Below, in pieces: positions 1-12,251 of a stretch of 64,000 nucleotides of DNA. The DNA is taken from contig ML996698.1 in the NCBI GenBank assembly GCA_010356995.1, positions 1-64,000 on the forward strand. Reading direction: 5' to 3'. The notes under the pieces are model-generated. The model made no database searches and had not been told where the DNA came from. It worked only from the letters and a program-made list of their open reading frames with translations. The position numbers were made by a program, and so were the translations under genes. Source of the stretch: Trichodelitschia bisporula. Its lineage: Eukaryota. Every line of letters starts with the position of its first letter. Position 1 is the stretch's first letter.

Positions 1-2
1 CT

Positions 3-3000
3 CACCTCAACCCGAAAAGCAAAATCATCCTGGGCATGCCGTGGATCTGCCACCATTCAGCCACAATCGAGGCCTCACCGGACGGCTATATTACAGTTTT
101 GCTTTCTTCACCATATTGCTTAGAGCATTGCTGCTCTTCACCAGTCACCGTCACGGCCCTCCCCGAGGCAGAAATTGAGGGATACCTGCCCCGGTACAAC
201 GAAGAATCCGAGGCAGTGGAAATTGAAAACGAGGCTAGCGAAAAGCCGAACACCGAACCGACCATCGAACCGACCGCCGAACCGACCACCGAACCGACCA
301 TCGAACCGACCGCCGAACCGACCACCGAACCGACAATCGAACCGACCACCGAATCGACCATCGCACCGACCACCGAACCGACCACCGAACCGACAATCGA
401 ACCGACCACCGAATCGACCATCGCACCGACCACCGAGCCGACGGCCGCCACCGAACGGACCAACATCACCGAACTGGTCCCAAAACCATCGATCCTGGAA
501 GTTAGCGCCACTTACTTCCATCTATTGAGAAAAAGAACGCAGGCCAAAATCTTCAGTCTCTCTCTTAGAGACATTGACCGCGCCCTCCACCCCGCTGACG
601 CGACAAGGGCACGGCAAGAGGAAATGATGCTCGCCGCAGCTACGACAACATCAGAACTTGAGAAGTATCGCAGAAGCAAAGATGTAGACCCCTCTACAAT
701 CCTCCCCAGTCAATACGCAAAGTTTCTCGATGTGTTCTCCAGAAAGGAGGCAGACAAGCTCCCCCCGCACCGGCCCTCGGATCACGCCATTGAGATTCAA
801 CCGGCAAAGTTGGATCAACTCCCGAAGGGTGCTCTTTACGGAATGAGCCGCAACGAGCTCCAGGAACTCGATCGGTACTTGAAGGAGAATCTGTCCAAGG
901 GATTCATCCGTGCAAGTAAATCAGAAGTCGCATCACCAGTGCTCTTTGTCAAGAAATCCGATGGAGGACTAAGATTTTGCGTCGATTACCGAGGCCTAAA
1001 TGCCATCACAGTTAAGAATCGCTATCCACTTCCGTTGATTTCCGAAACGCTCGATCGGCTCTCGCGCGCGAAAATCTTCACGAAACTTGATATCATTTCA
1101 GCTTTCAATCGGATCCGAATCAAGGAGGGCCACGAGCATCTCACTGCATTCCGCACTCGCCAAGGGCTTTTTGAATACCTTGTGATGCCTTTTGGGCTTT
1201 GCAATGGCCCTGCAACGTTTCAGAGCTACATCAACGAAGCATTGCGAGGCTACCTAGATGACTTCGCTACAGCCTACCTCGACGACATTCTGATTTACAG
1301 CGACAACGAGCTCGAGCATCAGCTTCATGTCAAGAAGGTGCTTCAGCGGCTCAGAGAATATGGCCTTCAAGTCGATATCACCAAATGCAGCTTCCATGCG
1401 ACCGAAGTCAAATACCTCGGTCTCATCATCAGCGTTGATGGGATAAAGATGGACCCAGAAAAGATTCGCACAATCACGGAGTGGCCCAAGATCCAGAATG
1501 TCAAAGATGTTCAATCCTTTCTTGGATTTGCCAACTTTTACCGACGGTTCATCTTCAACTTCAGCAAAATCGCAGCCCCGCTCACACGGCTGACCAAGAA
1601 AAATGCCGACTGGAATTGGACACCGGAATGCCAGCGCGCCTTTGACACTCTTCGGGCAGCCTTCACCTCTGACGTCGTCCTTGCTCACTTTGACCCTGAG
1701 CGAAAAATTGTGGTGGAAACCGATGCATCCGGTTATGTCTCCGCGGGGATTCTATCGCAGTACGACGACAACGAAGTCCTTCGACCAGTGGCTTTCTTCT
1801 CTCGGAAACATACGCCCCCGGAATGCAACTACGAGATTTACGACATGGAACTGATGGCCATCGTCCGAGCATTCGAAAACTGGCGTCCCGAGCTGGAAGG
1901 CTCGGCACACCCAATTGATGTGGTCACTGATCACAAGAACCTGGAGTACTTCACAACCACGAAACTCCTGAGCCGTCGGCAGGCCCGTTGGTCTGAGTTC
2001 CTTTCCCGCTTCAACTTCCAAATCCGTTACCGGCCAGGGACTCAAGGTGCGAAGCCCGATGCTCTGACACGCCGGTCCTTAGACTTGCCAATTGAAGGAG
2101 ACATGACCGACCCACGCAATGTAATTCGCAATCGCCCACTGCTGCAACTCGCTCGTATCGAACTCGATGACATCGACCTGGAGAAACTCACGACATCACT
2201 GTCACCAGCACAGATTGTTCTTTCGCCAATCGACCTCGAAAATGCGACGGAAGAACCAAGTACCGAACCAGAGCTGGACTCCGAGGAGGAACTGGCATCT
2301 TATGATGAGAATCTCTCCCTATCGGAGCTTTGGAATATCGCCAAAGACCGCGACACATTTGCAGCCTCGGTCACAAAGGCGCTTCAGGAAAACCACCGAC
2401 GTCACCCACGTGTACAGCTATCGGAATGCGAGATTCAGTCGGGACAACTTTACATCAATGGCAAGCAGTATGTTCCAAACTCGACCCGGCTCCGCGCCAA
2501 AATTTGCAAGCAACTTCACGACTCAATTGCCACGGGCCATCCCGGCCGCACAAAGATGATCGCATTGATGTACCGCACCTACTGGTTCCCCGGGCTTCCC
2601 AGCTTCGTTGCAAGATGGATTCGGAATTGCTCTACCTGCAAGCGAATTAAGCCCTCACGAGAACGCTATCAGGGATGGCTCCGCCCCCTCGAGCCACCAC
2701 AACGCCGCTGGACTGATGTTGCTATGGACTACGTTGGACCGCTCCCACCCAGTACCTTTATGGGAGTCACCTACCGATTTATTTTGGTAGTCACGGACCG
2801 TCTCAGCAAGATGCGCCATTTCTTGCCCACCGTCGGCCAAACTACGGAGGAAGCTGCCAATGCCTTTTACTGGTACGTTTGGAAGCTCCATGGAACACCA
2901 GAGCGACAAGTATCGGATCGCGGAACGCAGTGGCTTTCCGAATTTTGGGAGCACCTTACGAAACGACTTGGTATCGAGTCCCATTTCTCGACTTCATACC

Positions 3001-3890
3001 ATCCGGAGTCCGATGGTCAATCCGAAAGGAACAATCAATCAATGATTCACTACCTACGCGGCTATGTGAACCACCTCCAGAACGATTGGGCACAATTCCT
3101 GCCAGCAGCGGAGTTTGCCGCAAACAATGCCGAGTCGTCAACCACCAATGTATCGCCCTTTTTCGCCAATTACGGGCAAAATCCACGTATTGGATTCGAA
3201 GAATCGCTCGGACCAAGCGATACAGTAGCCGAAGTGAATCGACTGGTCGAGAAGATGAAGAAGCTGGATGAACACCTTTACGAGTCAATGCTAGCTTCTC
3301 AGGCGTTGCACGAAGTCTCAGCAAACAGACATCGCCGCCCCGCAGAAAAATACGAAGTCGGAGATATGGTCTTCCTCAATGCCGAGCACATCCGCACACA
3401 TCGACCCTCGGCAAAGCTGGACAATCACGCACTAGGCCCCTTCCGCGTGCTCAAAGTTTACGAACACAATCCTTTGATCGTCAAGCTCGACCTCCCAGAA
3501 TCCATGGCCATTCATCCGGTCTTCCATGTCAACGTGCTGCAACGAGCTGGGACCGATCCGCTCCCAGGACAAATCATCGAGAATCCAGAAGCCGAGACTG
3601 ATGAGGAGACGGGCGAACAGTACTGGCAGTGGGAAAATATCAAGGCATCAAGACTCAATCGTCGTCGCGGCCAAGTGGAATATTTGATCGAATGGGCAGG
3701 CGATTGGGAGGATACTTGGGAACCCTGGCACCTCGTGGAACAAGATATGCCCGACGCAATGATGGCCTTTCATAACGCCCACCCTACGCAACCAGGACCA
3801 CATGTCGCACCTTGCCACGACAGGAAATGCTGCGTAACTCCTTACCAACCCCGAATTTACGCAACACGTCGCTCACGCCGCCGAAATTGA
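3..3890 (+). mobile_element. pol: Ty3/gypsy (chromovirus) LTR-retrotransposon pol polyprotein, 5' end outside window
   Basis: Frame is open from nt 3 (HLNPKSKIILGMPW, the C-terminal motif of the aspartic protease). RT motifs SPVLFVKK, LRFCVDYRGLN, MPFGLCNGP, AYLDDILIYS. RNase H motifs VETDAS, YDMELMAI, TDHKNL. Integrase HHCC (HDSIATGH...CSTC), D-D35-E (AMDY, VSDRG, DGQSER) and GPF. C-terminal chromodomain (YLIEWAG..DTWEP). Order PR-RT-RH-IN is gypsy-type. Confidence 0.98.
249..440 (+). repeat. 12-bp coding tandem repeat (about 16 units, T-[T/I/A]-E-P) in the protease-RT linker of pol
   Basis: Units of accaccgaaccg / accatcgaaccg / accgccgaaccg, with a higher-order 60-bp duplication. Confidence 0.95.
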
Positions 3891-3915
3891 CACTGCGTCG
3901 CAGGAGCTCCGCCCT

Positions 3916-3929
3916 AAACGGGGGGGTAC
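3916..3929 (+). other. Polypurine tract (plus-strand primer) of the retrotransposon
   Basis: aaacgggggggtac lies immediately before the TGTCA LTR start, about 25 nt after the pol stop. Confidence 0.85.
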
Positions 3930-4200
3930 TGTCACGGCATACGATGGACTATTGGCATTCGATGCCGTTCGACCGGATTCTAGAATGTTCTGTTGGATCA
4001 GTAAGCATCTTCGAAGTATCTCCATTTGTTTCCATTTGTTTCCATCTCTTTCTGTGACTCATGTATAGCATGAGCCGCATGGAGGTATTTATACTCGACT
4101 GCTCATCGTCTTGATTTCGTTCTCCGTCTCTTGTCTTGTACTCAAACCTTAGCCAAAGATTGAATACATCAAATATATTGTCACTTGCATCGCCCTGACA
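3930..4200 (+). mobile_element. 3' LTR of the gypsy element (about 271 bp; alternative end at 5066)
   Basis: Starts TGTCACGGC right after the PPT and ends GCCCTGACA (8/9 inverted match). Contains a TATTTATA box near 4086. The 5' LTR is outside the window, so the end cannot be confirmed; CCGTGACA at 5059-5066 is a perfect 8-bp inverted match and an alternative end. Confidence 0.7.
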
Positions 4201-4402
4201 GGTAACTAGCCATAGACGGGACGCTCGTTGTCATGGCCTCCCTGCCAATGCGTTGCTGCTGAACAATACCACGATGCAGCCGCTCGGTGCCAAGCCCAGG
4301 ATTCACTGCCACCCCACACCTGCTGTCAGGGGCGTGCAAAAGTGTGGAAGTCACGATGGTATGGTGCAGGCATGAACAAGTTACTTCCACAAAGATCTAT
4401 CT

Positions 4403-4635
4403 TGTCAGGGGCGTGCAAAAGTGTGGAAGTCACGATGGGTATGGTGCAGGCATGAACAAGTTACTTCCACAAAGATCTATCTGAAGGGCGAGCCGCCAGA
4501 CTCTTGAGCAGTTTGCGCTGCCGTCTGCCTAAGGCATGGCGGGGTGCGAGAAGGCTGGCGTGACGTGGCAGCAGCCGCGGGGGAAGATCGCGGGGAGCCA
4601 ATGAGGTTAAGGCCCGGCATTGGTCTCCCACGACA
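4403..4635. mobile_element. Solo LTR family A, inner copy inserted into its own family member
   Basis: TG..CA termini (TGTCAGGGG / CCCACGACA), 233 bp, flanked by 5-bp TSD TATCT (4398-4402 and 4636-4640). Confidence 0.9.
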
Positions 4636-4782
4636 TATCTGAAGGGCGAGCCGCCAGACTCTTGAGCAGTTCGCGCTGCCGTCTGCCTAAGGCATGGCGG
4701 GGTGCGGGAAGGCTGGCGTGACGTGGCAGCAGCCGCGGGGGAAGATTGCGGGGAGCCAATGAGGTTAAGGCCCGGCATTGGT

Positions 4783-4990
4783 TGTCACGGTATGACACCC
4801 GGTTTCTGTTGCTCCATGGGCTCGCACCATCACCGGGTTTGTATGGGGCCTGGCGCTGTGCCAAGCCGCCACACTCACACTCGTACACCAGGCCTACTTA
4901 CCCGCAGTCCCTGACACCTTTACTCCGTAGCTTTACAATCTACGTCTTACCCACATCTTGATCGTGCATGCGTGATTGTTGACGGTGACA
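4783..4990. mobile_element. Solo LTR family B inserted near the end of outer LTR A
   Basis: TGTCACGG...CGGTGACA termini, 208 bp, flanked by 5-bp TSD TTGGT (4778-4782 and 4991-4995). Confidence 0.9.
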
Positions 4991-5229
4991 TTGGTCTCCC
5001 ACGACAATTATTTTCAGTCATACACGGCATTTAGTGCATTTGATGTCCCAGACGTTGCCCGTGACAGACGATTAATACGAGGACTGCGCCGATGACCGCG
5101 CCGATAAACCGCGATAAGGGCCGTAGTAAGAACCGTAGTTCGAAAAGGGATATAACAGATGGACAGGTAGGCAAAAAGAGGCATATGAGGGTATTTATAA
5201 ATAATCTACACAGTACTTAGGTCCTTCAA

Positions 5230-5988
5230 TTACTTTTCCCAGTCTCCTTCACGTCTTCTTGGCCGTAGAGTACAAAACGTCCCGAAGGCGAGAAGCTGCA
5301 TCGCGGTCGCAATCCACATAAACGCCAGCATTGCAGGCCCAACGGTAGCATGGATATTCAAGTTGTCTGTGCCTTTTAGGACATTCCGGATTACAGTGAA
5401 CAACGCCGTAGCCATTATGCTGGCGGCAAGGGTGCTGAGCGCAACGATGCCCATTGCGATGTATGCTGCGAAGAAAACGCCACGGGACAGGCGAGGGACA
5501 CACGGCGCGAAAAGGCAGAACACAAAGGTGAAAATGGTACTGATGAGGAAGAGTGCGAAGATCGCATGCGAGATGCGGCGGACGAGGGCAAGGCTGCTGC
5601 GGTACTCGGCGGAGATGTCGGTGGCAAAAGCGCTAGAACCTGCGGCAACAGCGTTGAAGACGATAGCGACCGGGTCGAAGTAGTAACTCGCTTGTGGCCG
5701 AGAGCAATAGGTGATGCCCGCTTCAGTGGTGCCGGAGCAGTAGTTCCACAACCCAATCTTGTAAAAGTCCCGCAGGCCGATGCTGTGCACGAGGTCGTTG
5801 ATCTGCACGGCGTTCGGGACATTGTCGGGAATGACGTTGGCGACGTCGATGGAGAGGAAGTAGATGTTGTTGAGGGCGCGGTTGCGATGCGTGTTGCCAA
5901 TTTCAATGAGAAGGAGAAAGGTCAGACTGATGACGAGCAGGAAGATGGGTATTGCGGCCGGGCTGAGGATGCGGCGAAGTGGCGTCAT
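5230..5988 (-). CDS. SUR7/PalI-family tetraspan membrane protein
   Basis: Single-exon 252 aa. N-terminal TM, claudin-like GLRDFYKIGLWNYC..G...C motif, three further TM helices. Confidence 0.9.
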   Translation of the reverse strand: MTPLRRILSPAAIPIFLLVISLTFLLLIEIGNTHRNRALNNIYFLSIDVANVIPDNVPNAVQINDLVHSIGLRDFYKIGLWNYCSGTTEAGITYCSRPQASYYFDPVAIVFNAVAAGSSAFATDISAEYRSSLALVRRISHAIFALFLISTIFTFVFCLFAPCVPRLSRGVFFAAYIAMGIVALSTLAASIMATALFTVIRNVLKGTDNLNIHATVGPAMLAFMWIATAMQLLAFGTFCTLRPRRREGDWEK

Positions 5989-6502
5989 TGCGAGGTGCCG
6001 AAATCAGCATGCGGAATCCGCGGTGGTTGGCGCTGGTCGACGAGAACTAGAGGCCTTCTGGGACGGACATGAAAGAGTGAGTGAATGTCGCAAAAGAGAA
6101 TCACAGCAGACGCCGCTGAAGATGGAAAATGGCCATGTTCGCTGTTGCGAAGAGACGGCTGATCGGAGTTCCGTCTATGACGCTCAGGTGGGGCAGGCGA
6201 GGCCAGTGACGACGTAGTGCCTTCACTGTAGCCAGCACAAATGTGGAGCACGAGATGGTCACCCGAGAAGGGACGGGCCGTCACTGCGGAATACTCAGTT
6301 CAATCAAAATCATTCTGCCAAAAGTGGCAGGGCTGCCGGAACACGTTCGTCTCTGTGGGTCGGATAGCCATTGCCAGACGAGGCTGAGCGGCGTCGTATG
6401 GCAGCGTAAACACCATGCCCCCGTCTATTTGCCCCAGCATCACCGGATCCTCCCTGCTGTGCTCCATCATCGGCTCAGCATCCACTAGCATCCCGCATCT
6501 CC

Positions 6503-7740
6503 ATGGCATACCTAGCGACGTTGTTCCTCATCATCTCATCCATACCGGCGGTATACCCGCAGTCCATCAAAACAACAGCAGCCACCCTGGTCGGCGACGA
6601 CACGCTGCTAACCGACGTAACCTACATAACCCCATCAACTACAACCCTCTTCCATTATGACACACGCACCACACCATGGTTAGAGCATGGCAGCCCCACG
6701 CCGGCGTGCAACGGCTGGCCAGAGTTTTGCTCGCGGCGTTTCTCGGACATCACACACGTGGGGGCGCACAACTTCGCGTTTGCGCGCAAGCATAACGGGG
6801 CGAGCAACCAGGCGCTGAGTGTGGCCGACCAACTGAACGACGGGATCCGCATGCGTGCGTCACGCACTGCTTCGTATCGCCGCTGACCCACGCAGTCCAG
6901 GCTCAGGTCCACTTTCACAACAACACTCTCACATTGTGCCACACGTCGTGTCACCTGCTCAATGTCGGTCCCCTCGAAAACCACCTCGAGCTTATTCGGG
7001 CGTGGATCGCAGAACACCCGAATGACGTGGTGACGCTACTGCTGGGCAACGCGGACCGGGTGCCGCCGCAGACGTTCCTTGAACCATTTGAACGCACCGG
7101 ACTGATGCAGCATGTCTTCAGGCCACCGCAGGTCCCGCTCCCGCGCGACTCGTGGCCCACGCTGCAGAAGATGATCCAAAGGGGAGAGCAGCTCGTCGTG
7201 GTGCTCGACTACGGGGCAGACCAGACGCAGGAGTCATGGTTGCTAGATGAGTTCACACACATCTGGGAGACGCCGTTCTCGCCGACGAATGCCAGCTTTC
7301 CGTGTACAGTGGAGCGTCCGCCGGGGCTGGACCCCAAAGCCGACGACCGCATGTATATCGCGAACCACAACCTCAACACGCAGATCAACCTGCTAGGCAC
7401 GTCGTTGCTCATCCCAAACAGGGTCGCAATAAACCAGACGAATGGCATGGCTGGGAAAGGCAGCGCGGGGGCGGCGGTGGAGGAGTGCACTGGTACGCGT
7501 GTTGTTCGGAGTTCAACAGAGCTGACAGTCGCAGCCGCTTGGCATCGGCCGCCCAACTTCCTGCTAGTCGACTTCTACGACTCCGGCAGCCGTCCTGGTT
7601 CAGTGTTCCACGTGGCGGCGCGTGTAAACGGCGTAAAGTACACGCGCCGTTGTTGCGGAAAGGCAAAGGCCGCAGCATCGCAAGCGGGGAGCTCGTTGGC
7701 GGTCGTTGTTTTGGCATTCGTGTGCGCATTCTTGACTTGA
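6503..7740 (+). CDS. Secreted PI-PLC X-domain-like (PLC-like phosphodiesterase) protein, probably GPI-anchored
   Basis: Signal peptide; motifs ACNG.PEFCSR.FSDIT.VGAHN, QLNDGIRML, LCHTSC.LLN.G, WETPFS, PNFLLVDFY; hydrophobic C-terminus. Introns 6855-6895 and 7493-7534. Confidence 0.9.
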
Positions 7741-8475
7741 GCGAAAAGGTGGTACTGACAATGGCTTCCTGGAACGGCGATGGCGGCGTTGGTGTTAGGT
7801 TCTACAATTGATACCAGTCACCAGTTGTTTCTCCCCCGATGTCCGTCGTCCAGCTGAAATTGTGTATCACGTGTGGATGATGTCTGAACAGCCACCTGCG
7901 CCACTCAAAGGTCGGGCCTCGCATTTACAACCCGTTTCATCCGCAACGCCGGATTCACATACATCAGCCAGCAGCCTTCAAAGTATTTCTCAAACAGTCC
8001 ACGGACAGAACCAAAGGCCTTCATACAATTACCATGCAACCCCGAAGCATTCGCAGATCACCCGCAGAGAACACTGAGCAACGCGAGCAACGTGAGCATG
8101 TTTCGAGTCCATGTTGAGACCGGGAATAGGCCCACCCTGAAACTAGATAGGGAGCCCACGGCTAGCTGCCCCAACCGACGCAACCTTCCCGGCTCGTTTC
8201 CGCTTAACGGGCGGAACGTAGCCCTCCAGTCCGTCGCCCCCAACAGCCGGTTGCGGGTTGGACGTCAAAGCTTCGGCCCGGATATCAAGTATGACTGGCG
8301 GTACTTTAGTTGAGATCTCAATGCGTATAATACATGTCGCGATGAACGCCCATCGGCCCCTCCGCCGACAAACGCCGTCTTTCAGTCCGAACTCAAAATC
8401 TATGTCCGTCCCCGGATTCTTCGCCAGACACCCTGCGGTTAGCCCGCGGCTGTTTCACTCCACGAACACGACCGC

Positions 8476-9148
8476 TCAGCCTGCCTTCGGGCGCCGCTTG
8501 CCAATGTCCCAGCCCCAGCCCCGGAGCACCCGCACGACCTTCGGTGTAACGGCGGCGGTCAGTGGCACACGGATGAAGATAAATGACTTGTGAATAGCGT
8601 ATGCGAGGGCGAGCTGTGTCCAAATGCCTATTCTGTCAGTGGTGTCATCACTCAAATAGGCAAAACTTACTGGCGTTGGCTCCCGCGTTCTCGGCTTGCG
8701 CCTCTTCAACCTCGCGTGACCGCCAGCCCTCCGCCCGCTGCACGCCCCACGCCGGTACCACGGTGCCCAGCATGTTCTTCGCCGAGCGCACGATGGATTC
8801 CTCCCAGCGTCCGATCCGATCCGTCCCTAGGAGCCGTACGGCCAAGAAGCAGAAAGGGAAGTCGAGGGCCGAGAGCGCAAAGTACACACCGAGCGCACTC
8901 CACCCATACTCACGCGATAGCTTCTTCAGGCGTGCAGATAATGACGTAGGCTCTGCGGGCTTTTGCGGCGTTTCGGTACTGTACGGCCGGCCGGGCCTCC
9001 GCAGTCGTGTTGGTGTGAGTAGTTGACGGGGTCGGATGATGCGCGTGTGCAGGCTGCGAGGCGTGAACCGGCAGAGGGGGGCGCGGCGCGGACCCGCGTC
9101 GAGAAGGGTGCGGAAGGCGCCAGCCCAAAGTGGCGTCTTCATCGGCAT
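8476..9148 (-). CDS. NAT2: FAM210/DUF1279-family mitochondrial protein (yeast Nat2-like)
   Basis: Arg-rich presequence; RLKKLSREYGWSALGVYFALSALDFPFCFLAV; after intron 8628-8670, IWTQLALAYAIHKSFIFIRVPLTAAVTPKVV. Confidence 0.88.
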
Positions 9149-12100
9149 CGTCAATACAAAGCAGAACGAAGAGCACAGTCGTCAATTCCGAGGTCGACCG
9201 TCGTGACGTGCAGCTGCCCGAGCTCCGAAAAATGATCCGGGCGTAAGTTGACCCGGCCGGCGCATTACGTCAGTGCTTATTGCCTGAGGAATGCAGGCTG
9301 ACGGCTTGGCATAAGGGAAGGCCGGTTCGGTGTGGCGCAGCTCGCTGTGGATGTCAGCTCACAAGGCTGTGATTCTCCCGGCCCATTCACATGGCCACAT
9401 TGCACTGTTTATGGTTCTCCCGCATTTGCGCTGACGACCAGGCACCGGATGCCGCCGGCCTGGTAGCATGAATGACCGGCGGCTGGGAAACGAAGCGTGG
9501 CAAAAGGAGATGAGCCCGCATAAATCACACACCGTGCCTGGAACCCTAACAGGGACATGGCCGGTCGCCTTGCCGTGGGGATGTTAATGCAACTCTTTAT
9601 ACTACAGTACATGGAGGTCGATCCTGCGGCGCTGAATAAAAATCTCAATGAGGGGAGTATCGGGAAGTGTATTGGGATGAGGGATGAGAATCAGTTTCAA
9701 TCACAACCCAAAGAGCGTAATGAGTCCCAAAGCACAATGAGTCCTAAACAGTATGAAAATCCGCCGCCACTCGACCAAATGTCACCACCGATAATCAACA
9801 AGTACCTTGTAAATGAGCTCGGTTCCGACCCAGAACCAACGGAACTTGCCGCAAACTCTCATTCCGGACGTCTAACCCCCGCCGACGCGCTCACTTACGG
9901 AACATTTCATATCGCCAAAGCTTACGGGTGCCGCACGCTCCTTCAGCGCGTAACGACCAAAATTCTCCGAATGCAGCTCGCCCAAACGGGTGCTGCATAT
10001 TGAATACGGGAACCAAAGCTGCCTCCCACGTTTTGAGAGGCGCCAGGGGAGCACAGTGCAGCCGAGTTGGGATGCGGAGGACGAAGCATATCATAGTGGG
10101 TCGGTGCCGTCACTTTTTTTCTTCTCGTTCTCCAAATAGCGCTGAGCGCGCAATTTCGCATTCGTTTCTGCTTGCAGCGTGGTGCGATGCACTGGTGGGC
10201 CGCTCTGAGCAGGCAAGGTGCGGATCTCGGTCGGCGGCTGAGTACCAAGACATACGGGCAACTGAGATGCGGATATGCGGTGCGCAATATTCATGCGATT
10301 GCGCTTGAACATGCTTCTGATGTGGCTGTGCCTCCAATTAACGTACGTCCGTACGGGTAACTGCAAATTCAAAGATTAGGCACTCCTTCTGGCGATGCTG
10401 CGGCGAGATTCGCGCTCGCTTCCAGTACCAAACATCTGGCAGCTCTGCAAACTCCGCCTCAAACTTCTGGCCCAAGCGGGTCTCAAAATGGGGCGTCTTG
10501 AAACGTCGGTTCTTCAAACGGGCGGGCACAATGAGGCCAAACACACGGCCCGCCCACATTCGGCACCGCGATTCGGCCCTGCAGTCGGCTCGGGACCACC
10601 AAAGCTCGTACCGCCGTGGTCATACCGCTATGGTCGTGCCGCTATGGTTATGTCGCCATGGCCCGAGCGGCGGGTGCCTCGCGGCAGGGCTGATTACCAG
10701 AGGCAGACACCTCGTACCGTGAATTGACCAGAGGGCTGTTGGGCGCATGCCTATTGGGGCATAGAGCGCGACTCGTCATCTAACGGCGTTCTGTCTTGGA
10801 TATCGCAATGCGTAGTAAGCCTGAGAAAGGCAAGAGGGAGAGATCAGGCTTTATCCGCGACTCGGGGCGCAGAACTCGGAGGCCGCCCCGATCCAACAAC
10901 CAGGCACAGCAGAACCGAGGGTGTCGGGCCAGCAGCCGATGCGGTATTCCTTGCTGGTGCTGTGCGCCACCAGGATTGCGCACACGCACAAACACGGGCG
11001 CATACGAATATGACCTTAAGTCGCATGCTATGGACAGCGGAGGACGTTGATTGAGTAGAGCATTGGAACGGGTAATTGCGGTGTGTACTGGAGGGGACAT
11101 TGCGATGCGTGTGGCGGCCCTTGAGGATGAGCTTGTGACAACGCCAAACAGTGCAATACCACGTCTGGGTATCGACAATAATGGCATCGTGGGTCGTTGA
11201 GGTCGTAGGGTCGCGGATGATGCTCAAGCAACGTCCCATGTTGTGCAGCGTCAAATCACCAGCAGCAGTCAATCACAAGCGTCGACCCCGGACGTTGCCG
11301 CAAACGCCACGGCTTGGACCCCACCCCATCCACCTCAACCACCATCGTTGTCACCTCTCTCACCCCAATTCGCTCCACCTCGCAGCATCACCTCTCTTCC
11401 TCGCCTCAACTCGTTCCTCGCGGTCACTCGTCATCTCCCAAACACTGCCAGCAAGCACCGCTTAGCGCCATCGCTCAATGCGAGTCAATAAACAAAACAC
11501 TCTCAGGTACCCGCTCCGCCTGGACCTAGGTTCCGCAATTGACAAGCTCCGCGGTATCATGGCATAACCCTCATCAATCCAGCGGGGTGCGGACGGGGCA
11601 TTAGCTGCCCACCGACAGCGTTTGGACTGGGCGTTGGGGTCAATCTGTCAAGATTTGCGGCCATACGAACGCGCTGCCACAGCCCTGAATCGAAGAGATA
11701 GCAAGCGCAATATACCGCCCGGCGGCAGGGGATCCAGACGCCGAGCAGCAAACGCCATCATTCTGTCTCCCGCCACTGCTGTCATTGCGCCGCTTGCGCT
11801 ACTGTAACATCTGCCTGGCGTTCTGGCCTCTGCGGACATTTGCTCAGACCTCCCGCATCACGCACAAACGCAGCCGCCCGCAGCCCGCATCGAGCAAACA
11901 GCCCTCACGACGAGCGCCACTCGGGACACCTGTCGCTTGCTCCTCTCTCTGGTTTGCTGCAACGCTCGCCCAAGTCCCCCAGCGCCGTCCTGGCGCTGCT
12001 GATCATCGGTTCGCCGAGGGACAGTTCTGTAGTCACGATCCACCGAAGCGCTCAACCCCACGTGAGTTCCCTTTTCCCGCTGTCCCCCCATCAAGAGGCT

Positions 12101-12251
12101 CCCTTCGTCCATCCATCCCTACAAATGCCCTTGCCTCCCGCGGCCATTTGGTACCCAGTACAAGTACCTCTCTCCTTACCCATTCCCCCACCCCTCTGCC
12201 CCCACCCCATCCCCCCGTCCACCCACCATCTACATGCCCTTCCGACCGAAA

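Larger units (their letters stand above)
4324..5006. mobile_element. Solo LTR family A, outer copy (interrupted by two insertions)
   Basis: TGTCAGGGG...CCCACGACA. Removing 4403-4640 and 4783-4995 restores a copy about 98% identical to the inner copy. Flanks (cctgc / attat) do not form a TSD. Confidence 0.85.

Noticed and set aside
4324..4782. Two adjacent direct repeats (about 79 bp and 140-158 bp) that could be read as tandem duplications or a CRISPR-like array
   Set aside because: Fully explained by one LTR inserted into a sister copy with a TATCT TSD; eukaryotic context and no spacers.
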